The notes below the pieces were generated by a model that saw only the letters and a list, made by a program, of their open reading frames with translations, did not search any database and had not been told where the DNA came from. Of a stretch of 25,209 nt of DNA, positions 16,680 through 23,507 are shown piece after piece (position 1 is the first letter of the stretch; each line of letters starts with the position of its first letter). Made by a program: the position numbers and the translations under genes. Source of the stretch: a virus (lineage: Duplodnaviria; Caudoviricetes); IMG/VR virus record IMGVR_UViG_3300020043_001518, positions 1-25,209 of that record; one strand, 5' to 3'.

Positions 16680-16781
16680 CTTTCTAAAAGACCCTAGAAG
16701 TTAGGGCATGGGTTGAATTATAAGCCAACTAATACCTACGTCAATACTTTTTTAAAATATTTTTGTAGGTATTTTCCCTAG
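16680..16781 (-). repeat. Regulatory repeat R1 (box + promoter + operator + leader hairpin + RBS)
   Basis: Minus strand TTGACG(16744-39)-16bp-TATAAT(16722-17); TATAAG-CCAA-CTAATA 16719-16734; hairpin 16691-16707; TAGG-N7-CCTA 16766-16780. Confidence 0.85.
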
Positions 16782-16787
16782 TATGTT

Positions 16788-17030
16788 TTATCCCAACAAC
16801 GCCGCCAAATGTTCGGGCGTACCCTCACGGTACACACCGCCAACAAACGCGTAGTAACGAACACCCTTGGCGTTAATCAATACACCAACTGCGGGGTGCA
16901 AATCTGTACGGGGTGTGAACTTAGCAACCTTGGCGGCTTGTGCGGCATTGGCTTTGGCAAAGCGCATTTCGCTTGCATCGCGTTCGTTGCGTTTTGTTTC
17001 GATTACTTGTTTGAGTGTTGCGTTTGTCAT
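16788..17030 (-). CDS. 80 aa hypothetical protein (cassette 2)
   Basis: MTNATLKQVIETKRNE...; start directly downstream of repeat R2 GAAAG RBS. Confidence 0.75.
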   Translation of the reverse strand: MTNATLKQVIETKRNERDASEMRFAKANAAQAAKVAKFTPRTDLHPAVGVLINAKGVRYYAFVGGVYREGTPEHLAALLG

Positions 17031-17039
17031 TTGCTTTGC

Positions 17040-17131
17040 TTTCTAAAAGACCGCAAGATGTTTGCGGCATGGGTGAATTATAAGCCAACTAATATGCGTG
17101 TCAACAATTATTTTGTAGGTACTTTCCCTAG
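17040..17131 (-). repeat. Regulatory repeat R2
   Basis: Perfect TTGACA(17104-099)-16bp-TATAAT(17082-77); palindrome 17079-17094; hairpin 17050-17068; TAGG-N7-CCTA 17116-17130. Confidence 0.85.
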
Positions 17132-17139
17132 TGTGTGTT

Positions 17140-17400
17140 TTATGCAAATTTCTTGATAAACGCGTTCAACTTGCGAACCTGACCAACTGCCCATTTGTAT
17201 TGTTCTTCACCGTTTTCGCCAATGTAATCTTCATTGTTTAAATGGCCATCTTCATGGAAGCAACTAAGAACATACTTTGCTTCATGCACGATTTCGGCAT
17301 TGGTGTAATCGGTAACTTGCTTGTTGTCATCGCGGGCAATTTGCTGAAGGGTGTTAGCCAATTCATCGATTGCCATTGCTGATTTGAGAATTGCGGTCAT
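17140..17400 (-). CDS. 86 aa hypothetical protein (cassette 3)
   Basis: MTAILKSAMAIDELAN...; ATG at 17400 follows GAAAGG RBS of R3. Confidence 0.75.
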   Translation of the reverse strand: MTAILKSAMAIDELANTLQQIARDDNKQVTDYTNAEIVHEAKYVLSCFHEDGHLNNEDYIGENGEEQYKWAVGQVRKLNAFIKKFA

Positions 17401-17410
17401 TTGCTTTGCC

Positions 17411-17511
17411 TTTCTATAAGACCCCAAGAAGTTTGGGGCATGGTGTAATTATAAGCCAACTAATATACAGGTCAACACTTTTTTTAAATTATTTTCTAAG
17501 TAGTTTCCCTA
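17411..17511 (-). repeat. Regulatory repeat R3
   Basis: TTGACC(17475-70)-16bp-TATAAT(17453-48); palindrome 17450-17465; hairpin 17421-17439; TAAG-N7-CCTA 17497-17511. Confidence 0.85.
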
Positions 17512-17513
17512 AT

Positions 17514-17527
17514 GGGGCTTGCGCCCC
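17514..17527. other. GC hairpin (minus strand GGGGC-GCAA-GCCCC); possible plus-strand terminator
   Basis: 5-bp stem, GNRA loop on minus strand; followed by GTTTTT on plus strand. Confidence 0.55.
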
Positions 17528-17531
17528 GTTT

Positions 17532-17792
17532 TTATCTTTTGCTATCGCCCCAACCAGTTTCTTGCAATACGCGAAGGTCAGGGGTCAGGCGCACACGGTT
17601 GCCAAGTTCATCCCAACCCCAAGCGATTGCATCTGTAACAACCCTAATTTGGCGAACTTGATTTGTTTTAAACAATGTGTGGCTAGACGGAACGCAAGCA
17701 GCTAAATTAGTAAGTGAATTGGTTTTAGCAGTAGCCAAAAAATCAATCATTACCATGTGTTGTTTGGCTGTAAGTTTTGTGTATTTAGACAT
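17532..17792 (-). CDS. 86 aa hypothetical protein (cassette 4)
   Basis: MSKYTKLTAKQHMVMIDFL...; under repeat R4. Confidence 0.75.
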   Translation of the reverse strand: MSKYTKLTAKQHMVMIDFLATAKTNSLTNLAACVPSSHTLFKTNQVRQIRVVTDAIAWGWDELGNRVRLTPDLRVLQETGWGDSKR

Positions 17793-17800
17793 TTGATTAC

Positions 17801-17905
17801 TTTCTTTAAGACCCCGTGCGATTTGCTAGGGCATGGGTGAATTATAAGCCACCTTATACCCATGTCAACACTTTTTTAAAAATATTTTCTAGGTATTTAC
17901 ACCTA
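17801..17905 (-). repeat. Regulatory repeat R4
   Basis: Perfect TTGACA(17868-63)-16bp-TATAAT(17846-41); perfect palindrome TATAAG-CCAC-CTTATA 17843-17858; hairpin 17811-17832; TAGG-N8-CCTA 17890-17905. Confidence 0.85.
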
Positions 17906-17916
17906 TACAACAACCC

Positions 17917-17934
17917 TATAAGTTGGCTTATAAT
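17917..17934 (+). promoter_or_regulatory. Operator palindrome overlapping -10 of cro-like gene
   Basis: TATAAG-TTGG-CTTATA (17917-17932) with TATAAT at 17929-17934, 5 nt before ATG 17940. Confidence 0.75.
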
Positions 17935-17939
17935 AAGGT

Positions 17940-18092
17940 ATGACTAAACAAGAATTGTTAACCAAGGTACGCAATCAGACCGAATTAGCGCAAATATTGG
18001 GTATCAACCAATCGGCAATTAGCCAATGGAAAGAAATACCCAAGGCGCGACTTTGGCAATTGAAGGTACTAAAACCCGAATGGTTCAAATGA
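17940..18092 (+). CDS. cro: Cro-like helix-turn-helix regulator (50 aa)
   Basis: MTKQELLTKVRNQTELAQILGINQSAISQWKEIPKARLWQLKVLKPEWFK*; QTELAQILGINQSAISQW HTH; not in ORF track. Confidence 0.85.
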   Translation: MTKQELLTKVRNQTELAQILGINQSAISQWKEIPKARLWQLKVLKPEWFK

Positions 18093-18286
18093 CTAAGATA
18101 GAAAAATACCTACATCACAAATCTTTGATGATGGAACACCTTGGTTTTGCGTATGCGAATCAATCGATGGATAATTCTTTGTATCACCTGATTTGCTATC
18201 ACTTTCACAAGGATTACACGCAGGGTTACTATTATTTTATGACCCATGAAGAACGCAAAGATTTGCACACAATGATGATTCTTTGA
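18089..18286 (+). CDS. Hypothetical 65 aa His/Tyr-rich protein
   Basis: ATGA-coupled to cro stop: MTKIEKYLHHKSLMMEHL... Confidence 0.55.
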   Translation: MTKIEKYLHHKSLMMEHLGFAYANQSMDNSLYHLICYHFHKDYTQGYYYFMTHEERKDLHTMMIL

Positions 18287-18292
18287 TACAAT
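18263..18292 (+). promoter_or_regulatory. Candidate promoter for replication gene leader
   Basis: TTGCAC (18263-68), 18 bp, TGa-TACAAT extended -10 (18284-92). Confidence 0.5.
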
Positions 18293-18297
18293 TTTTT

Positions 18298-18390
18298 GAA
18301 ACACGGCTAGGTTGGGAGTTGCTACCCAACCGAAAAGGATTCCCACTTTTTCCCTGCCGCCGTTTCTTTTAAGTGGTTTTTGTAAGTGGA
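18298..18390 (+). ncRNA. Candidate structured 5' leader RNA of replication initiator
   Basis: GAAAC/GTTTC and CGGC/GCCG closing stems, GGTTGGG/CCCAACC hairpin, loop CCACTT complementary to two downstream AAGTGG. Confidence 0.55.
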
Positions 18391-18395
18391 AAAAA

Positions 18396-19115
18396 ATGCA
18401 CTATTACCAGTTTCACATTGGTGACTACATAAGTCACACAAGGCATCTTTCTTTGATGGAAGATTTAGCCTATCGGCGCTTGCTTGATTTTTATTTCTTG
18501 CATGAACAACCGATAAAACATCGTGATGCCGCCCGACAAATTGGGATGCGCGAACATGAAGAAGATGTTATGACGGTGTTAAACGAATTCTTTATTTCTA
18601 CCGAAGATGGGTTTGTTAATCCCCGTGCAGATAAAGAAATAAAACAGTACAAAGAATTTGCCGAAGCGGGAAAGCGTGGGGCGGCTAAAAGGTGGGGAAC
18701 ACCCCCAAATGGGGAGGCTAATAGCCCCCCTAATGCTACCCCAATAGCAACCAATAACCATAAACCACTAACCACTAACCATAAACCAAATAAAGAAAAA
18801 TCAACTAGCGTTGATTGCCCACCTGATGTTGACCAACAAATTTGGGATGATTGGAAACAGTTACGCAAAGCCAAAAAAGCGCCCGTTACTGAAACCGTGG
18901 TTAACAGCGCAAGAAAAGAAGCCGCCAAAGCAAACATGGCGTTTAGCGATTTTCTAACCGTTTGGTGCGCTAGGGGTTCGCAGGGGCTACAAGCGGAATG
19001 GCTTAAACCTGAAGAACGAAATTTAAGCAAAACAGGTCAAATGAACCAAAGGGTAATTTCAGGCTTAACCCGTGGGCTAATCGGAGGTGGCAATGTCAAA
19101 TTACTTGGAAACTGA
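18396..19115 (+). CDS. Replication initiator, DUF1376/YdaU family
   Basis: MHYYQFHIGDYISHTRHLSLMEDLAYRRLLDFYF N-terminus; NPRADKEI; C-terminal WDDWKQLRKAKKAPVT domain. Confidence 0.85.
   Translation: MHYYQFHIGDYISHTRHLSLMEDLAYRRLLDFYFLHEQPIKHRDAARQIGMREHEEDVMTVLNEFFISTEDGFVNPRADKEIKQYKEFAEAGKRGAAKRWGTPPNGEANSPPNATPIATNNHKPLTTNHKPNKEKSTSVDCPPDVDQQIWDDWKQLRKAKKAPVTETVVNSARKEAAKANMAFSDFLTVWCARGSQGLQAEWLKPEERNLSKTGQMNQRVISGLTRGLIGGGNVKLLGN
18749..18793 (+). repeat. 7-bp tandem repeats (AACCAnT-like) within initiator gene, candidate origin
   Basis: aaccaat-aaccata-aaccact-aaccact-aaccata-aaccaaa in the linker region, as for lambdoid intragenic origins. Confidence 0.55.
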
Positions 19116-19488
19116 TTTCTGTACACAAGACGAAGGTCTTGACTACATCTTTGCTCGAATGATGGCGATATTTGGAACACCATTTAATCGTCACTTTGAC
19201 GGCATAGACCCAGAGTTTGTCAGACAAGAATGGAAAGGCCAACTAGGACGATTCCTGACATACAGACCAAGCATGGACTTTGCCATTGCCAAACTTGATG
19301 GTGAATTTATACCTAGCGCAATTAAGTTTCGTAATCTGTGCAATCAAGGCCCGCAAATCCCAATCAAGCCATTGGTTCAAATTGAACGCAAAAAAACATT
19401 GCACGAACAAATTGAAGCCGACAAGGTGAAAGCCGAAGCCTTGGCAAAGTTAGCCGAACTTAAAAAACAATTTGGGGCTAAAGCATGA
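19093..19488 (+). CDS. Putative helicase loader / replication partner
   Basis: GGAGGT RBS, ATG 19093; FIPSAIKFRNLC motif resembles lambda P-like proteins; follows initiator. Confidence 0.55.
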   Translation: MSNYLETDFCTQDEGLDYIFARMMAIFGTPFNRHFDGIDPEFVRQEWKGQLGRFLTYRPSMDFAIAKLDGEFIPSAIKFRNLCNQGPQIPIKPLVQIERKKTLHEQIEADKVKAEALAKLAELKKQFGAKA

Positions 19489-19718
19489 AAGACCTATTTG
19501 GTGATGAAGAATTCAATTGGGAAAAAGAATGGCAAGGTATGCCTGAATTTATCCAAGATGATTTATCTGAAATTCATAGCATTACAGTTCATTTTTTAAC
19601 AACAGAAGATATGTTGAAATTTTCTGAATTGATTGGCAAAAACATTACATTCACAACAAAAAGTGTTTTATTTCCAGTAACCAAAACAGAAAAAAAGGTG
19701 TGGAAAGATGAATCCTAA
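19485..19718 (+). CDS. Small acidic protein coupled to glycosyltransferase
   Basis: EWQGMPEF...ITVHF..EDMLKFSELIG..IT..TKSVLFP; overlaps both neighbours. Confidence 0.65.
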   Translation: MKDLFGDEEFNWEKEWQGMPEFIQDDLSEIHSITVHFLTTEDMLKFSELIGKNITFTTKSVLFPVTKTEKKVWKDES

Positions 19719-20568
19719 ACACCCCGTTTACATTGTTTCTAAAGGTAGGTGGGAATCAAGGTTTACAAGTAAAGCCTTTGAAGAAATGCAAGTTCCTTAC
19801 TTTATTGTTGTTGAGGAACAAGAGTACAAACAATATGCTTCAGTCATTGCGGCAGAAAAAATTTTGATTCTTGATAAACAATATTTGCTTGATTACGATA
19901 CTTGCGACACGTTGGGTAATTCTTTGGGCGTAGGGCCTGGCGCGGCACGAAACTTCTGTTGGCAACACTCAATTTCAATTGGTGCATCTTGGCATTGGGT
20001 ACTTGATGACAACATTGATGGGTTTTGCCGCCTTAATCGTAATGAAAGACACAAAGTTACTTCAGGTACTATTTTCCGAATTGCAGAAGATTTTGTAGAA
20101 CGATATGAAAATGTTTCGCAAGCGGGATTTGAGTACAGATTTTTTGCGGGTGGTAGCAGAAGAAAAAAACCCGCTTTTCGCCTTAACACGCGCATTTACT
20201 CTTGCATCTTAAACAGAAACGATGTTCCCTACCGTTGGCGCGGAAGGTACAACGAAGATACGGATTTGTCTTTAAGAATGTTGAAAGATGGTTGGTGTAC
20301 CGTTTTGTTTCAATGTTTTTTGCAAAACAAAGCCGCAACGCAAACTATTAAAGGTGGTAATACAGCGGAGTTTTATGAAAAAGAAGGAACACTACCAAAA
20401 TCGCAAATGTTGGTAAATTTGCACCCTGATATATCAAGGTTGGCGTTTAGATATAACAGACACCATCACCATGTTGACTACAGCGTTTTTCAAAAAAATC
20501 AATTAGTTAAAAAAGATGGAATCATTATTCCTGATGGTGTAAATAACTACGGAATGATTTTGGTATGA
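19708..20568 (+). CDS. GREB1-like / TET-associated (TAGT) GT-A glycosyltransferase
   Basis: YIVSKGR, GAARN, WVLDDNI, YSCIL, RYNEDTDL, KGGNT motifs. Confidence 0.8.
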   Translation: MNPKHPVYIVSKGRWESRFTSKAFEEMQVPYFIVVEEQEYKQYASVIAAEKILILDKQYLLDYDTCDTLGNSLGVGPGAARNFCWQHSISIGASWHWVLDDNIDGFCRLNRNERHKVTSGTIFRIAEDFVERYENVSQAGFEYRFFAGGSRRKKPAFRLNTRIYSCILNRNDVPYRWRGRYNEDTDLSLRMLKDGWCTVLFQCFLQNKAATQTIKGGNTAEFYEKEGTLPKSQMLVNLHPDISRLAFRYNRHHHHVDYSVFQKNQLVKKDGIIIPDGVNNYGMILV

Positions 20569-20687
20569 CATACGAAATAGCAATGCGAATTTTGGACAGG
20601 GTGCGGGATGGGGTTACTTACCCGCAATGGGTCATTCTCAAAGCCTTGGAATTAACTGGCGATATTGATGGACATGGAACACTTTAA
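20565..20687 (+). CDS. 40 aa hypothetical protein
   Basis: MTYEIAMRILDRVRDGVTYPQWVILKALELTGDIDGHGTL*; ATGA coupling. Confidence 0.6.
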   Translation: MTYEIAMRILDRVRDGVTYPQWVILKALELTGDIDGHGTL

Positions 20688-20880
20688 AGATTGCGAAGCG
20701 CGGGAATGGGTTGCGCGTTTCCGCAAAAAGCAATTGGAAGAAGGTAGGGGCGAAGCAATCGAATGGTGGAACAAAATAATTAAAGACATTGCAAGCAAAC
20801 GCGGACAAGCCGCCGCTGATGAATTAAAGCAAAGAATGAATACAGTAAAGGATAAAAATGCGATACGCCGCAAGGGTTGA
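20668..20880 (+). CDS. Hypothetical protein
   Basis: EHFKDCEAREWVARF...RGQAAADELK; coupled operon gene. Confidence 0.65.
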   Translation: MDMEHFKDCEAREWVARFRKKQLEEGRGEAIEWWNKIIKDIASKRGQAAADELKQRMNTVKDKNAIRRKG

Positions 20881-21121
20881 TGCAAACCAAACACAAATTG
20901 TTAGTGCCTTACGCGCCGCGGGTGCATCGGTATGGATTATTAGCCTACCCGTTGACTTGTTGGTTGGCTATCACGGTCACACATTCTTGGTGGAAATTAA
21001 AAGCACCAATAAAGCCCGTTTAACGGGGCTACAAGCCGACTTCTTTGAAACTTGGCACGGTGGGACACTTTGCCGCATTGACAGCCCTGAAGCCGCGCTA
21101 CGGATGATAGGGGTAATTTGA
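20858..21121 (+). CDS. VRR-NUC / PD-(D/E)XK nuclease-like protein
   Basis: RVDANQ..IV.ALR, PVDLLVG, LVEIK, LT..Q..F motifs. Confidence 0.75.
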   Translation: MRYAARVDANQTQIVSALRAAGASVWIISLPVDLLVGYHGHTFLVEIKSTNKARLTGLQADFFETWHGGTLCRIDSPEAALRMIGVI

Positions 21122-21453
21122 TGAACCCACCTTACAAAACAGTAGATTTCATTTTAGAAAACGCGCCAAGGTATGCCAAGGCTAAAGCCGAACGAATCTA
21201 CCTTGAAGAATTCCGTAAAACCAAAAAGGCGTTGCTGATGAAAGTAGCAATGGAAGCGGGATACGAAAGCGCGGCGGCACAGGAACGCGAAGCCTACGCG
21301 CACCCTGATTACCAAGTTTTGTTAAAAGGTTTAGCAGAAGCAATCGAAGAAGAAGAAACCCTAAAGTGGAAATTGACCGCCGCGACCATTAAGGGGGAAA
21401 TATGGCGCACCGAATCGGCTAATGAACGAAGTGGCGTAAAAGCAACGGAATAA
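21121..21453 (+). CDS. Hypothetical coiled-coil protein
   Basis: 110 aa helical ORF (YAKAKAERIYLEEFRK...QEREAYAHPDY). Confidence 0.7.
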   Translation: MNPPYKTVDFILENAPRYAKAKAERIYLEEFRKTKKALLMKVAMEAGYESAAAQEREAYAHPDYQVLLKGLAEAIEEEETLKWKLTAATIKGEIWRTESANERSGVKATE

Positions 21454-21461
21454 CCACATAC

Positions 21462-21532
21462 TTGCGTAGGATATATAAGCCCGCTTATACTGCATCCATG
21501 CCGTTACATTACGGTCTAAACGAAAGCGCAAA
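21462..21532 (+). promoter_or_regulatory. Fifth, rightward copy of the promoter/operator/leader unit
   Basis: TTGCGT(21462)-18bp-TATACT(21486); TATAAG-CCCG-CTTATA 21474-21489; ccATGCCGT-tacatt-ACGGTCT..GAAAG leader. Confidence 0.75.
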
Positions 21533-21739
21533 ATGAAACACGCATCAACTAAGAAAAACCACCTTGTCATCATGTTGGATGAATTCAACAATGTTTGGAT
21601 TGATAAAACCGTTCCCGCCACAGAATTGCAATGTATTCGTTATGTTTGTCATCGCAATTGGACGCACGCCATTGCCAAAGGCACAGTAAAAATTGTTACC
21701 TTGGCGCAATTTGCAGAACTCAACAAGGTGGCGGCATGA
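21533..21739 (+). CDS. 68 aa hypothetical protein
   Basis: First gene after fifth promoter unit. Confidence 0.7.
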   Translation: MKHASTKKNHLVIMLDEFNNVWIDKTVPATELQCIRYVCHRNWTHAIAKGTVKIVTLAQFAELNKVAA

Positions 21740-21831
21740 ACTGGCCTTTTCCACCTTTCCCTAATCCAAAAGACAAGGGAACACGCGTTCCCCGTTTTAA
21801 CCCTGATAACTTTGAAGATGCACCGTTATGA
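21736..21831 (+). CDS. 31 aa Pro-rich peptide
   Basis: [31 protein letters not shown]; ATGA overlaps at both ends. Confidence 0.6.
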   Translation: MNWPFPPFPNPKDKGTRVPRFNPDNFEDAPL

Positions 21832-22073
21832 ACGATTACGAATTTACCTTTAACGCCACAACAGGCGCGGCGGGAGAAACCGTTACTTGCCTTATGTCGT
21901 ATGAACGCGATGAACATGGCGCGTATTTTGAGAATATTGAAACCGTAAAATACGAAGGGGTAGAGGTCACGGGGTTGATTTCGGAAGAACAATTTTCTGA
22001 ATTGGAAATGGTCGGCGTTAACAAATTGCGTGAACACTTAGCCGAAGAAAAAGACAGGGCGCAAGAACTATGA
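21828..22073 (+). CDS. Acidic hypothetical protein
   Basis: 81 aa, Glu-rich; coupled. Confidence 0.65.
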   Translation: MNDYEFTFNATTGAAGETVTCLMSYERDEHGAYFENIETVKYEGVEVTGLISEEQFSELEMVGVNKLREHLAEEKDRAQEL

Positions 22074-22159
22074 GCAATAAAGCAATTTATGCAATATTGT
22101 TTGCGATGCTGATTGCCTTTTGGGGTTGGGTAATTTTTATAACAAAGGGCGTAATATGA
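22070..22159 (+). CDS. 29 aa single-TM peptide
   Basis: [29 protein letters not shown]; ATGA overlaps at both ends. Confidence 0.55.
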   Translation: MSNKAIYAILFAMLIAFWGWVIFITKGVI

Positions 22160-22347
22160 TGCCGCAACTAGATATGGGCGCTAACTTTTCAACCAACAAA
22201 TTTAAGTTATGCACCAAATGCGAAACCGCTAAACCGCCTGAAGGCGGCATAGAAATGGGAACAAAGTGGATTTGCCAAACTTGTTGGAATAAGCGAATCA
22301 CAGGTAAAAACCTACAACAAAACCGCAAAAATGCGAAAAAGAACTAA
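22156..22347 (+). CDS. Small zinc-finger protein
   Basis: CTKC...WICQTC. Confidence 0.65.
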   Translation: MMPQLDMGANFSTNKFKLCTKCETAKPPEGGIEMGTKWICQTCWNKRITGKNLQQNRKNAKKN

Positions 22348-22792
22348 GCGCAAGATTTGGGCGTTGTTAGACCCAATAGCCCATAGCATTGTTGGGGCAT
22401 CTTACACACCGCGGCAAACTTTGGACAAACTGCGGCTAACCGAATATGCCGCTTTGGAATCAATCATTAAGGGCGTTGGCACAATACAAGATTGGCGCAC
22501 CCTTGTTGATTTGCTTAATCTAGCGGAAATGTTTGCGCGTAACAACATCGGAAAAGATGAAGTGTTACCCGTATGCCAAAAAGCGCAAGATGCCTTGCAC
22601 AAAGCCGCTATACGCTACCAAGAAACAATGCGCATAGGATTAGACGGTGTTGGCATCCAAGCCATCAGGGATTTAATCGAATATGCTGATTTGCAACAGG
22701 GAAGCGTAACCCGTGCTGAATTTGAACGCTTGGTACAAAAAACCCGCGATTACATCAAATCAAACGGCAACCTAGTGGTTGAAATTGAATGA
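22331..22792 (+). CDS. Hypothetical protein
   Basis: 153 aa helical ORF in nin-like operon. Confidence 0.7.
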   Translation: MRKRTKRKIWALLDPIAHSIVGASYTPRQTLDKLRLTEYAALESIIKGVGTIQDWRTLVDLLNLAEMFARNNIGKDEVLPVCQKAQDALHKAAIRYQETMRIGLDGVGIQAIRDLIEYADLQQGSVTRAEFERLVQKTRDYIKSNGNLVVEIE

Positions 22793-23118
22793 GATTCCCC
22801 AAACACCAATACATCCGTAGCCAAACCCTTTTGCGCAACGCCCGCGAAATACCATGCCAACATTGCGGCGCTAATGATGGTACGGTAATAGCCGCACACA
22901 CAAATTGGCAAGGCGGGAAAGGTCGGGGCATCAAAGCGGATGACAACCTAATTGCAAGTTTATGCTATTCATGTCACATGGAAATCGACCAAGGCGGCAA
23001 ATTGGATAAAGCCGAACGCCAAAAGATATGGCTTGCCGCACATTTGCAAACGGTGCGAAAATTACAGGAATTGGGCTTATGGCCTACCGATGTTCCACTA
23101 CCTGAAGGGTTAATATGA
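22789..23118 (+). CDS. DUF1364/YbcO-like His-Me finger nuclease-like protein
   Basis: PCQHCG...AAH...GRGIKADD...LCYSCHMEID. Confidence 0.7.
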   Translation: MRFPKHQYIRSQTLLRNAREIPCQHCGANDGTVIAAHTNWQGGKGRGIKADDNLIASLCYSCHMEIDQGGKLDKAERQKIWLAAHLQTVRKLQELGLWPTDVPLPEGLI

Positions 23119-23507
23119 AATTCCGTGCCGAAGCCGTACAAACCGACCCCGTAATGCAGTTTGTTCAATGCCTACTGCATAGCGTTACCAATGCGCACAT
23201 TCTGCATTTCCAAAGCCTAAGTTATTCACAGCACATGGCATTGGGTGCTTATTACGATGAAGTAAGCGATTTAGTAGATGGGTTTGTAGAAGCGTTCCAA
23301 GGTAAGTACGGGCTATTGACCAACTACAAAGCCGATTACGAACTGCCTGATAGCAACCCCGTTGTTTACCTAACCTACCTGAAAGATGAAGTGGCAACCC
23401 TGCGCCGTATGCCTAAGTTCCCCCAAGATAGTGAACTGCAAAACGAAGTAGATACCATTGCCAACCTAATCAATAGCACCCTATACAAACTGCGATTCCT
23501 AGCCTAA
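23115..23507 (+). CDS. Ferritin/Dps-like four-helix protein (DUF5856-like)
   Basis: AHILHF..SYSQHMAL..YYDEVSDLVDGFVEAFQG...STLYKLRFL. Confidence 0.7.
   Translation: MKFRAEAVQTDPVMQFVQCLLHSVTNAHILHFQSLSYSQHMALGAYYDEVSDLVDGFVEAFQGKYGLLTNYKADYELPDSNPVVYLTYLKDEVATLRRMPKFPQDSELQNEVDTIANLINSTLYKLRFLA

Noticed and set aside
16680-17905. Repeat-spacer pattern as a CRISPR array or attC integron
   Set aside because: Repeats are ~100 bp, degenerate and promoter-like; intervening segments are whole ORFs of ~260-290 bp; no cas or tyrosine integrase gene in window
17900-18100. Lambda-like cI/cro lysogeny switch
   Set aside because: Only a Cro-like gene is seen; leftward genes show no repressor HTH/S24 domain and no integrase is in the window
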